A stretch of DNA of 64,000 nucleotides from Candidatus Altimarinota bacterium (GCA_965231215.1 OZ246423.1:160001-224000); one strand, 5' to 3'. Counted from the first letter of the stretch, positions 49,676 through 59,158 are shown. The notes: generated by a model not told the origin, from the letters alone. Numbers and translations: made by a program.

Positions 49676-50947
49676 TTAGTTTTTAACTATTAAACGATCT
49701 GATTTATCCAACATAAATCTCAATTTTTGACTTTGATTTACATACGCTTGCAACGCTCCTTCATCTAGGGCAAAAAAGTGTTCATCGACCTCTAAAACTT
49801 GGTTTAAATATTCACGAGTTTTTGGGCCTAGATTTCCCGCCCCATTAGCATGTGCCGATTGCACAATTCCATTAGCTATCTGAAATTCTGTTAAAGCCTT
49901 TTCAGTCAGCTTTCCAAAATACCCAGTAGGCGCATGATCTAAAAACTCTTGTTGTACTAGAATTTCCTGTAGTTTAATAACGGCAATGTCTCTTTTGCCT
50001 CGAGCCATATTTTTATCAAATTCGAACCCAACCCATTTTTCGGCCAGTCTTTGCTGCGTTTCAAAATCATGTAAAGTGCGAGAAAGTGATTCTCTTGTTT
50101 TTGGTCCAAATCCTCCAGCGCCTTGGCTTGAAGCAGATTCAACCACAAAGTTATCAAGCTGGAATTCCAAAACAGCGAGCCTAACCGCCTCACTATAAAC
50201 TCCATCAATTTCACCATCATAGTGGCTTAGGTCCTGAAGCGCTTGTTGAAGTTCTTTTACGGCTTCACCGTTATTCCCCGCATAAAGGTTTTCAGAAAAT
50301 TCACGGATGATCGGCAAATCTAAAATTTTTGAAATCGGCGTAGCCGCTTTAAAATTAACCGCTACTTCAACTGGCGCTCCTGCAGCATAGATAGTGCCTT
50401 CGGTATGCCACAGTCCAAGTTCAAGGGCTCGTGCGAGTCCTTCTTCCCCATAACCAAGCCACAGATCTAGACGATCATGTCGAGCAATATTTCGGCCTCC
50501 TTTTTCTACAATCGCGCCTCCCCTATCATGCACTTGCCCACACCCAAAATTTGGCAAACACACTTTGGTTCCAAACCTATAACTACTTGGGGCGGCAATC
50601 ATACCGGGAAAAACTGGCGTCCCATCAGCGCCTCTCACTCCATGCCCATTAAGGCGGATATCCCCTTCATAGCTCCCAGTAACATAAAAATTCTGGTTTG
50701 GTAGAGGTGAATAATACCCTGTAACGGTAAACATTCGCTTCTCTCCCTCGGTACTAAGGGCTTGTACGCTTATAGACGGTAAAACAAGAAATAAAAAAGC
50801 TAACTGGAAAGACTTAAAACAAAGAAAATTAAGACATCGGAAAAATACTGAAGATAAGCGTATTTTTATACGCGTTCGAGGCATTTTTTCAGGTAACGCC
50901 AAGTTTCGAAGTTTTTTAGTATTTGCAGTGGTTAATATTTTCTTCAT
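49676..50947 (-). CDS. 3D-domain (MltA-like) protein with two peptidoglycan-binding domains
   Basis: VTGYYSP, IAAP..Y.FGT, VHDRGGAI, RLDLWLG (3D); G.AVKELQ..L...DG.Y...V..FQ and LQ..L...TGYFG.LT..AL..FQ (PG_binding_1). Confidence 0.88.
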   Translation of the reverse strand: MKKILTTANTKKLRNLALPEKMPRTRIKIRLSSVFFRCLNFLCFKSFQLAFLFLVLPSISVQALSTEGEKRMFTVTGYYSPLPNQNFYVTGSYEGDIRLNGHGVRGADGTPVFPGMIAAPSSYRFGTKVCLPNFGCGQVHDRGGAIVEKGGRNIARHDRLDLWLGYGEEGLARALELGLWHTEGTIYAAGAPVEVAVNFKAATPISKILDLPIIREFSENLYAGNNGEAVKELQQALQDLSHYDGEIDGVYSEAVRLAVLEFQLDNFVVESASSQGAGGFGPKTRESLSRTLHDFETQQRLAEKWVGFEFDKNMARGKRDIAVIKLQEILVQQEFLDHAPTGYFGKLTEKALTEFQIANGIVQSAHANGAGNLGPKTREYLNQVLEVDEHFFALDEGALQAYVNQSQKLRFMLDKSDRLIVKN

Positions 50948-51030
50948 AAAATGAATAAAAATCCCACCATTATAGGAAAAAATGGCTTTTTTAGCAATGC
51001 TTATGGGTTGGCAAAAAAAGAGATTATATT

Positions 51031-51711
51031 CTAATCACTCTTCTTTTCAGCTGCTTTTGCTGCTAGAAGAGCCTTCTTTCTTCTTCCTATCTCTTCATCG
51101 GTAAGCTTATTCTCTACTGAAGTATCAGCTGCGACTGGCTTTCCATGGTGAGTACGATGTTGCTGAGGTCCTTTTCCTTTAAGTATTTTCCCACCTCTTC
51201 TAGTTTCTACGACAACCTTTGGGGTTCCCCGATTAGAATGATGAACTCCGCCTCCTATAGGTTTTTGTCTGTCACGTACTACTTGACGTGCTGCAGCAGC
51301 GGCTTGCTCACGTGCTTCTTTAACTGCGTTAACTCCTTGTTTAATTATTTCTAAAGCTCTGCCCTGTATCTCACTAATAACAGCCCGTTCACCAACTACG
51401 TCCATTACAGATCTAGCGATTCTTCTTACTTCTCCCTTCGCTATTCCTAAGTTTTGTGATTTAGCCAATTCTCGGACTCGATCTCTTGCCCAAGTATCAA
51501 CAGACTCACCTCTAGGAGTATCGGCTACAGGTTGCGGTTGCGGCTTTGGTGTAGGAACACTAGGGACTGTTTGAGCAACCCTCCCCCTTGTTTCTGTAGA
51601 CCTATTGTTAACTCTGCTAGTCTTTTTTCTTTCTTTCCCAGCTTTTGGACGAGCGGGCAACTGAGTTCTTTCTGATGATCTGGGTGCTAAATTTCGCTGA
51701 GATCTACACAT
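51031..51711 (-). CDS. Highly basic, largely disordered hypothetical protein
   Basis: 226-aa ORF rich in R/K/P/Q; 14 nt downstream of the large ORF. Confidence 0.6.
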   Translation of the reverse strand: MCRSQRNLAPRSSERTQLPARPKAGKERKKTSRVNNRSTETRGRVAQTVPSVPTPKPQPQPVADTPRGESVDTWARDRVRELAKSQNLGIAKGEVRRIARSVMDVVGERAVISEIQGRALEIIKQGVNAVKEAREQAAAAARQVVRDRQKPIGGGVHHSNRGTPKVVVETRRGGKILKGKGPQQHRTHHGKPVAADTSVENKLTDEEIGRRKKALLAAKAAEKKSD

Positions 51712-51725
51712 TTTTTAATAATAAT

Positions 51726-54700
51726 TTAGATTGTGGTGAGAGCGGCTCTTTCTTTGGCATAAGTTCCATCATTCCAGAGCCCTTGACTTAATTCTTGCAC
51801 TTTTTCATCATACTTGTCAACTACATCTCGAATATCGCTAATAATACAGCTCTTGCCATTCCCAAAAGCCTCAAAAGCAGCGTAGTAAGCGTCTTGGCAT
51901 GGTTTCACCGCTTCTTCAAAGTGACGAGGGTCATTTTCTCTAAACTTTTCTATTTCACTCAAAAACACCCAAGGCGCATCCAGGACGGCTCCCAAACTAT
52001 AATCTCTCAATAATCCTTCATATTCTGATCTCAAGGAAGACGCTAAAACACCCATTGGCTTACCCGTAATCTCTTGGGCTAAAATATTATGGAAAATCCA
52101 ATACCTATGAGCATCATCTATATGCATTCGCCCTAAAACATCCGTCCTCCCTTTACCACCTTCTGGCACAAAGGGCGCTTGGATTTCATTATAACCAGGA
52201 GCATCATAAGCCATCATTCGAGCACCTGTTAAATCATTGTGATCACTAGTGTCAAAAGATTTAGCGTTAAACCTAGCTGTAACATCAGTGGAAAGAAGCA
52301 TCATACTCCCTGTAATACCACAGTCTCGATTTGGGATTCTTACTGAACCACAAAGTTGAATTTCTGGCGAATCTGCAGAAATGAGTCCTTCTTCTTGAAG
52401 CAGTCGAGCAAACAAGGTTATTTCTGCAGAAGTTGGCATTGGAGGAAGGCATAAGGATTCACCAGCATGAATTAGCTTAAATGATGTTTGACTCAACCCA
52501 AGAAAACGTCTTAACCGTCTAAACAAATCTTCAGTAAAAGTTCCATGAAGATGGACCTTTCCAGCAAGAGGCATCATCCCAAAGTATTTTTTTCTTTGCA
52601 TCAGTATGTATTCACGAAATACTGGGAAAAAGTCTTCTAAAAGTTCTACATTTGTTAATGCTGTGCCAATTTCTCCTCTAGAATTTGGGGACATCAATAA
52701 AGGGAGATCACTGCTATTTGGGTGTCTAGCTGCCAGTAAAAATCCTGAAAGCAACGAGGCTCTTGTAGCCATCTCCGCATAACCACCTGGATTTTCTGTG
52801 TCTTTAGCTAATGGTATTTTCATGGCGGCTTGCCACACGTCTCCATACTCTAAAGGCCATCCAAAACTACGGAAAAAATCAGAAAAGCCTTCAACCTTTA
52901 GGTAACGACCCTCAGCCCAAATAGTTTTAAAGCTCATCAAATCAACATTAACATCAGGATCGTTATGTTTAGAGCCAGTATCTGAAAGCTCACGCATAGC
53001 CGTATGCAGTTTAATAATGTTGGTAAGATCTGTATGAAGTAGTTCTATAATCGAAGCTACCGTAAGTTCACTATTTTTATCTAAACTGGATAAGTCTTTT
53101 AAAAGCTTTTCTGTATCAAAAATATCAAGCCTAAAAGCCTTGTCTAAAGTAGAAACATTTAAATCCCCAGAACGGAAAATCTGAGAAAAATTTTTAGGAT
53201 CAAAATCAGTAATTTCCTTAACTTCACTTAAAACTCTAGCGATAATTAACCCTGATATGTTATCCGTAATAGCTCCTGATTTTAGCAAAATATCAACGAC
53301 CCGAATAAGCCCTATCGAAAACATTGTTTTAGCTAAATTTTGGTTTTGGCTTTGCTCTTGTAAATCAAAGAGTTGGGCATTAACCCTAGATACAATTTTT
53401 CTAATAGGGTGATCACTATACCCTTCATAGAAATAATGATCTTCTGAAGTCTTAGCAGTATCCAGATCAATCATCAATGGATCACCTTTTTGATTTCTAT
53501 CAGCAACATATCGCCCCCAAACCTCTGTCCAAAAACAAGCATGAGGTATCAAATCCAGGTCTATGGCTGATAGTTGCCATATATCTCTAAAGAATCTAGA
53601 AGCCTCTAAAACTATAGCTTCATCCGTTAATTTCTTCTTGGTCTTTTCATATTCTTCACCCGAAAATCCTTCTAACATCCAAGAAAGCCAATCTTCTACC
53701 TGTTCCCAAGTAAGCAGCCCATCAGCAAAAAAACCAAGTAAATTATGCATAACCATTGACCGATTAAGATAACTCTCTGTATTTTGACGATGTACATCTC
53801 TTCTTTCTTCACTGCCTGGGGTCTCAAATAGCCATTCATAGCTAATAGCCGGATTTTGAATATTCAGAAAAATATGAAGATATCGTATAAAACCATCAGG
53901 TGGGTTTAGCGGATCTTCAAAGAACCCAGCACAACAACTAAAATAAAAGCTCGCAACATTAGCATAACTAGAACGAAACCTCTGCATACTTTCACACTCT
54001 CGATAGAATTTCTCATAAAAATCAACAAAAGCCAAGCGTGGATTTTCAAGGCTTGCAGGAACAGATGAATCTAAAACCTCCTCTGGATCTGAAAGTCTTA
54101 AATGAGTTAGTGAAGGTAGTGCTAATCGATCAGAAATATCTTGAACTCTCCCATCTCTAGTTTGTATGCTAGCAGGCCTCCTTTCTTTACGGCTTTTAGC
54201 TAAATAATGAGGCACGTGTTCAGCGATCATTGCATCATCCACCGAACTAAACAAAATAGTGTCTGCATCAATTTTTCCAGACAAAGCTATGAGATTTTGC
54301 TGTCCTGGTAATTCGACTATAGTCTTTTTATCTTCAAGTAAACCTAACATTTCATTGTTTGGTTTATTCCTATCAATAAGCCCAAAAAACTTCTCTAAAT
54401 ATTCAACCTTTTCATCCTGAGTTTCTTTTACTATTTCAGTAGCTTGAACAATAAGCTTTTTAGCTCTGTCTGGATTCCCTACACCAAATTTAGCCACCAC
54501 TCGACTTACAAAATCAACAGCCAAGCTCTCATCCCCTCCTAGTGCTGTACATAGACCCATACCTACCTCAGCATAAACTTTAGCCGTATCCTCATAAGCA
54601 AAATGACTTTTCTCGGCAATAGATGTTAAAGTCTCAAGAGGAAGGCCTAAATCTGCCTGAACTAAATCACAACGATGTTTAAACCACCAAGGAGCCTCCC

Positions 54701-56006
54701 CCTCTGAATAAACGCGGCTCATTAACTTTATTGTAGTCCTAATGGCTTTCTCGATATTTCCTACTTCTTTTTTAACTAGAAATATCTGCTCTACAAAATC
54801 CAGAATATTCAGACCATTGCTCAAAGCTACGTTGAAGTCTTCAACAAAATTATAAAACCACAAAGCGTTATCTCTAAAAGCTTTTTGGAAAACAGGCCGC
54901 AATGAAGAACGAGTAAACAAATACAGCAACTCAGCAGTACACAAATCACCTAATTGAGACTGAACTTTCTCACACCAACTTTCGTTTCTAGTGTTTAAGT
55001 CAACCCTTACTGGTTGGGCTAATTGGGCTGGACTCAAATTTCCAACACGCTTTGCCATCTCCGTGTAGGCGTATTCCAATTGCCGAAAATCAAAATCATC
55101 TGCCCATAACTGCCAGCAAACACCTAGAGATGATTTAATTCTAGAGTTAGCCCATTCTAGGGGGCTATCAAATGCTTCATTCTGATCTAAAGCTTCTTCT
55201 ACCGCTTTAAAAAATTGAGGCAAGGCAAAACTGATTTGATGCTGGCCATCTTTACAACGCCCTTGTTCAAAATACAACCCCATACAAAGACGATCTTGTG
55301 GAATAAAAATTGGGTTTTTAAGAGAAAAATTAAGTACAAGATGATCCTTATTATTAGCAATAGATCCTTCCCTTGTCCCTATGACTGAACCAGGTTGATT
55401 TATATAGTCATCAAAATTTGTATCTAAGTCTGTTGGATGTAAAAACCCATTAGCCCGGACTCTATTTCTAGAGTCTAGCTTTGAAGCTCCAGGCTGCCTT
55501 CGAGCTACCCCCAGAATCATAAAAAGTGGAATATTATCCCCAAACCTACGAAGCATCCCCTCAATTTCGCTATTAACCCTTTGCCTTGCATGATCTCCAA
55601 CGAAAAAACGTTCTCTAAACATTCTCGCTTTAAGATGAGTACGCTCTGTCTCAAAATCAAATTGTTTACCGGTAGGTTCTCTTGTGAAACTTTCCTCCAA
55701 ACGCAGACTAAAAGAATCCGGTAACCCAGACCATGGAGCCTGAGTACTCATTAGAGAAGGGTCGGTTAAGTTCAACCTAAGACTTCTATATGTAGGAAAC
55801 TCTAAGTCATCTTTAAAAAAATCTAAAGATTCTGCAAAAACACGCTCACAGTCTTTTTCGAACTGGGCTTGCTGCGCATCTATTTTCTCTTCAAGTTCTT
55901 TCCATTTTATATCGTCCGAACAATCATACTCTTCTTCATCGGGATCAATAAATCCAACTAAATCCAAATCTTCAAATTCCGGAGAGATTCTATCCAACCT
56001 GCTCAT
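51726..56006 (-). CDS. Large (1426 aa) cytoplasmic hypothetical protein
   Basis: Uninterrupted 4.3-kb ORF; no signal peptide or TM; no family confidently recognised. Confidence 0.8.
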   Translation of the reverse strand: MSRLDRISPEFEDLDLVGFIDPDEEEYDCSDDIKWKELEEKIDAQQAQFEKDCERVFAESLDFFKDDLEFPTYRSLRLNLTDPSLMSTQAPWSGLPDSFSLRLEESFTREPTGKQFDFETERTHLKARMFRERFFVGDHARQRVNSEIEGMLRRFGDNIPLFMILGVARRQPGASKLDSRNRVRANGFLHPTDLDTNFDDYINQPGSVIGTREGSIANNKDHLVLNFSLKNPIFIPQDRLCMGLYFEQGRCKDGQHQISFALPQFFKAVEEALDQNEAFDSPLEWANSRIKSSLGVCWQLWADDFDFRQLEYAYTEMAKRVGNLSPAQLAQPVRVDLNTRNESWCEKVQSQLGDLCTAELLYLFTRSSLRPVFQKAFRDNALWFYNFVEDFNVALSNGLNILDFVEQIFLVKKEVGNIEKAIRTTIKLMSRVYSEGEAPWWFKHRCDLVQADLGLPLETLTSIAEKSHFAYEDTAKVYAEVGMGLCTALGGDESLAVDFVSRVVAKFGVGNPDRAKKLIVQATEIVKETQDEKVEYLEKFFGLIDRNKPNNEMLGLLEDKKTIVELPGQQNLIALSGKIDADTILFSSVDDAMIAEHVPHYLAKSRKERRPASIQTRDGRVQDISDRLALPSLTHLRLSDPEEVLDSSVPASLENPRLAFVDFYEKFYRECESMQRFRSSYANVASFYFSCCAGFFEDPLNPPDGFIRYLHIFLNIQNPAISYEWLFETPGSEERRDVHRQNTESYLNRSMVMHNLLGFFADGLLTWEQVEDWLSWMLEGFSGEEYEKTKKKLTDEAIVLEASRFFRDIWQLSAIDLDLIPHACFWTEVWGRYVADRNQKGDPLMIDLDTAKTSEDHYFYEGYSDHPIRKIVSRVNAQLFDLQEQSQNQNLAKTMFSIGLIRVVDILLKSGAITDNISGLIIARVLSEVKEITDFDPKNFSQIFRSGDLNVSTLDKAFRLDIFDTEKLLKDLSSLDKNSELTVASIIELLHTDLTNIIKLHTAMRELSDTGSKHNDPDVNVDLMSFKTIWAEGRYLKVEGFSDFFRSFGWPLEYGDVWQAAMKIPLAKDTENPGGYAEMATRASLLSGFLLAARHPNSSDLPLLMSPNSRGEIGTALTNVELLEDFFPVFREYILMQRKKYFGMMPLAGKVHLHGTFTEDLFRRLRRFLGLSQTSFKLIHAGESLCLPPMPTSAEITLFARLLQEEGLISADSPEIQLCGSVRIPNRDCGITGSMMLLSTDVTARFNAKSFDTSDHNDLTGARMMAYDAPGYNEIQAPFVPEGGKGRTDVLGRMHIDDAHRYWIFHNILAQEITGKPMGVLASSLRSEYEGLLRDYSLGAVLDAPWVFLSEIEKFRENDPRHFEEAVKPCQDAYYAAFEAFGNGKSCIISDIRDVVDKYDEKVQELSQGLWNDGTYAKERAALTTI

Positions 56007-56158
56007 TGCTATTTATATAAACTTTTTTTAAAAAAAGTCAATATTGGATATCACAAATTTTCTGTACAAAAAATTTGACCAACTTCGAACAAAAATTATA
56101 TTCAAGGGTGATGTTAAAAAAATTTCCTCTCCTAGGAGCCAAAAAAAACAAAAAAAAA

Positions 56159-57238
56159 ATGAGAGTCATCTTCTACAACGAGGTAAAAAAAACATCTTCC
56201 TACTCACTAAAACCCACTAATACCGTTAAAAATGCTTCACGCGTTTGGGGGCGTTTTTGCCTGCTTATTGGTATTTCTTCTATTGCTTTCTTCGTAAATA
56301 CTGAAGCATTTTATGACGTAGGTGAAACCGATCCACACCTTTCAACTTTCAATCATCTTCGAGATGTAGGCATTATGAAAGGTTCAGCTGATGGCAATTT
56401 CTACCCAGAAAAATTAATGACCCGAGCCGAAGCCCTCACCGTAGCGCTCAGATCAGGAGGGATTTCTATTCCCCAGTATTCAGGGGAAATACATTTTAAT
56501 GATGTAGATCCAAATGCCTGGTATGCGTCTACTGTAGCCAGAGCCGTAGAAACCAACGTTATCCGACCTGGATACACCAATTTTAGACCCGAGCAAGCGG
56601 TATCCAAAGCTGAGTTTTTAACTTTTCTTTTCCGGGCAACACTGACCGACCTCAAACCACATTACTCATCTCGGAATGTAGCCAGCGACATCCCAAATGA
56701 CAGTTGGATGGTTCCTTACTTTGATTATGCCAAAAGATATCAAATCGCTCATCTCCCAGCCGATGACCTTTATAGGCCTGCCAAAGCTCTCTCCAAAAGA
56801 GAAGTGGCACTCATGACTTACCGTCAACTCAAACTCTTCCACGGAAATGATGAAACAAAATTACTAGTAGAACTCAATGCCGCGATAAATCAGTTTCTGG
56901 AACTCATCCGAAATGGAAAAAACGAAGAAGCCGAATTCCAAGTACACCGACTCCTCCAACTCAATGAAAAAATTGCCCGAACCCGAAACAGTAGTGACGC
57001 CGTAGCGGCACTAGCGATCTCCAGGTCTATGGAACACCTCAGTGAAAGTTTTCGATATTTTCGATACGGCAACAACCTCCGAGGCATTGAGAACCTACAT
57101 CTAGCCCTCAAACAAGCCAGGCGAGCCCAAGAAAAATCTGTTGCCATGGAAGGTTTTGCCCAAGAACTTGCTAACATCATTAGTGAAAGTCTCATCACCT
57201 ACACTCAACCAAGTTTAGGCAGATACAGTCAGAATTAA
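56159..57238 (+). CDS. SLH domain protein with helical C-terminal domain
   Basis: MKGSADGNFYPEKLMTRAEA, FRPEQAVSKAEF, YRPAKALSKREVA; start uncertain (56111 or 56159). Confidence 0.85.
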   Translation: MRVIFYNEVKKTSSYSLKPTNTVKNASRVWGRFCLLIGISSIAFFVNTEAFYDVGETDPHLSTFNHLRDVGIMKGSADGNFYPEKLMTRAEALTVALRSGGISIPQYSGEIHFNDVDPNAWYASTVARAVETNVIRPGYTNFRPEQAVSKAEFLTFLFRATLTDLKPHYSSRNVASDIPNDSWMVPYFDYAKRYQIAHLPADDLYRPAKALSKREVALMTYRQLKLFHGNDETKLLVELNAAINQFLELIRNGKNEEAEFQVHRLLQLNEKIARTRNSSDAVAALAISRSMEHLSESFRYFRYGNNLRGIENLHLALKQARRAQEKSVAMEGFAQELANIISESLITYTQPSLGRYSQN

Positions 57239-57372
57239 ATCTATAAAAAACTCCCCTTTCTCCCTTTTAAGAAATTTTTCTAAAAATATCAATGAACCAT
57301 TCGTTAAAAAAGCCATGCATTGTTGAGCGACAGCAAGTTTGGATTTTTTAGAATGTGAGTTATTTATTTTTT

Positions 57373-57428
57373 AAAATTTTTTCATGGGATGACCTTTTTG
57401 GTTCGTTTTTGGCCACGCAAAAATGAAC
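57373..57428 (+). repeat. Dispersed hairpin element, copy 2
   Basis: AAAATTTTTTCATGGGATGACCTTTTTG-GTTCGTTTTTG-GCCACG-CAAAAATGAAC, homologous to 12431-12490. Confidence 0.75.
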
Positions 57429-57437
57429 ATACAGAAT

Positions 57438-57465
57438 TTGACAAAACACAAATCCTAATTAAACT
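57438..57465 (+). promoter_or_regulatory. Sigma70-type promoter of leader-proB transcript
   Basis: TTGACA-16 nt-TAAACT, 10 nt upstream of the leader ATG. Confidence 0.7.
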
Positions 57466-57475
57466 GAAAATACAA

Positions 57476-57523
57476 ATGAAAAATTTGATTGTTGTTCCCG
57501 CTCCACGCCCTCCGCAAAACTAG
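57476..57523 (+). CDS. Proline-rich attenuator leader peptide (15 aa)
   Basis: ATG AAA AAT TTG ATT GTT GTT CCC GCT CCA CGC CCT CCG CAA AAC TAG = MKNLIVVPAPRPPQN*; 4 Pro in 6 codons; stop overlaps the antiterminator strand. Confidence 0.8.
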   Translation: MKNLIVVPAPRPPQN

Positions 57524-57597
57524 CGAGTGGTATTTTGGTACAACAATAAAATTTTCAAAACCTTCACTCGCTCAAACCCGATAGCGAGTATTTTTTT
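57477..57597 (+). promoter_or_regulatory. Transcription attenuator (protector / antiterminator / terminator)
   Basis: Protector: AAAATTTGATTGTTGT(57480-95) with ACAACAATAAAATTTT(57540-55). Antiterminator: AGCGAGTG(57522-29) with CACTCGCT(57565-72). Terminator: ACTCGCT(57566-72) with AGCGAGT(57583-89), then A-T7. Confidence 0.8.
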
Positions 57598-57611
57598 ATG
57601 CAGGAAATTAA

Positions 57612-58415
57612 ATGCTAAACAAAATTATTATCCCAAAGTACGGAACTAACACCCTCACTACAGAAACTATAGATGGGGGAAAAGCTATTGATCATAATAA
57701 CATGGCAGAACATGGAAAACTCATTAATGCTCTTACTGATCCATCTTTAATTGTCAGTTCAGGAGCCGTTGGATACGGAAAAGCTCTAGCTGATTTTAGC
57801 TGGATTGAAGATCCTGTTCTTAGAAAAAGAATCCAAGCTATGAAAGGAAATCCTCATTTAGCTATCGCCTGGGATAAATTTATTAAAGATAAAGAAGTCT
57901 TACAAGGTCTCGCAACTCATAGAGCTTTTGCTAACGGAACTAAGCAGGAAGTAAGTAGAGTGCTTAAAGCTATTTACAGTGATCCTCTGAAATGTGTAGC
58001 GGTACTAAACGATAATGATTTCCTTTCTGATGAAGAATTGAAAAATTTAAGAGGCGGAGATTTTGGAGATAATGATAAAGAAGCCATACTCGCCGCAGAA
58101 GTATGTCTAGACTTTGCTGAAAGAGTAGAAGTCATCATTCAGACTTCAACCAACGGAGTACTAGATAGTACAGGGAGAACAATAGATCAACTTAAAGTGA
58201 GTGACCTTAGTGACGAAGTTATAAGAGAGCTCTGTGGAGAAACCACTAGCGAAGATGGAACTGGTGGAATGGCCGGAAAACTAACCCATGGAAGAGAACT
58301 CATGAAACAGTTTGGAGATCGTGTAAGTCTCGTAATTATTAATGGAAAAAACCCACAACAATTCAAAAACTTACTAGCCGGTAAATCTGTAGGAACTCAA
58401 CTTTTAGCCGCTTAA
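57612..58415 (+). CDS. proB: Glutamate 5-kinase (amino-acid kinase family, no PUA domain)
   Basis: KYGTNTL, VSSGAV, NDND (canonical NEND), FGDND, GTGGMAGKL, VGT. Confidence 0.8.
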   Translation: MLNKIIIPKYGTNTLTTETIDGGKAIDHNNMAEHGKLINALTDPSLIVSSGAVGYGKALADFSWIEDPVLRKRIQAMKGNPHLAIAWDKFIKDKEVLQGLATHRAFANGTKQEVSRVLKAIYSDPLKCVAVLNDNDFLSDEELKNLRGGDFGDNDKEAILAAEVCLDFAERVEVIIQTSTNGVLDSTGRTIDQLKVSDLSDEVIRELCGETTSEDGTGGMAGKLTHGRELMKQFGDRVSLVIINGKNPQQFKNLLAGKSVGTQLLAA

Positions 58416-58452
58416 AAAATAAAAATTTTATAACCTTTAACCTAAACCTATC

Positions 58453-59148
58453 ATGGAAATTTTAGTTCTCATACTGACCATCGCGGCTATTGATTTTTTA
58501 TCCATTCTGACACCTGGACAAGACTTTGCGATAGTTACCCGCAACACCTTAAAATACTCCAAAACTATTGGTATTTATACCGTTTTTGGAATTGGGTTTA
58601 TTACGCTTTGCCACTGCTTACTCGCGATGACCGGACTCAGTATCATCATTACCAAAAATCCAAACCTCATGGCCGGGATCAAAACTATTGGAGCTCTCTA
58701 CCTTATCTATCTAGGCACTAATTTTTTCAAAAATGCAAAAAACTTAGATATAGGATCTGAGTCCGGACTTCTCATAAAAAATGATTCACCTGAAAACTCA
58801 AAAAAACAATCCCCGAACCCAAAAGTCCGGACTCAAGATTCTATATCCCCTAAAAAAGCATTCCAAACCGGCGCTATTGCTAACCTCTTTAACATAGAAC
58901 CTATAATGGCCTTTGTAAGTATTTTTGCCATCATACTACCACCAGAAACTCAGACTTCTACAAAGCTCATTATTTGTGTGCTCCTGCCGTTAAACACTAT
59001 CTTATGGTTGTGTTTTATAACCCATATTTTCAGTGTGAAAAAAGTGCAGTACTTCCTGGCTCATCGAATGAAGGAATGCGAGCAAATCATTGGGATTATT
59101 CTCATTTTTTTCGGTTCAAAAACTTTAATAGAGCACAAAAACAACTAA
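58453..59148 (+). CDS. LysE/RhtB family amino-acid exporter
   Basis: TPGQDFAIV, GALYLIYLG, AFQTG...NL.N, about 6 TM. Confidence 0.88.
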   Translation: MEILVLILTIAAIDFLSILTPGQDFAIVTRNTLKYSKTIGIYTVFGIGFITLCHCLLAMTGLSIIITKNPNLMAGIKTIGALYLIYLGTNFFKNAKNLDIGSESGLLIKNDSPENSKKQSPNPKVRTQDSISPKKAFQTGAIANLFNIEPIMAFVSIFAIILPPETQTSTKLIICVLLPLNTILWLCFITHIFSVKKVQYFLAHRMKECEQIIGIILIFFGSKTLIEHKNN

Positions 59149-59158
59149 ACTTTCCTCG

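Noticed and set aside
57566-57597. Reading the hairpin as a simple terminator of the upstream SLH gene
   Set aside because: It is ~330 nt from that gene, lies downstream of a separate promoter and uORF, and has a dedicated competing antiterminator strand.
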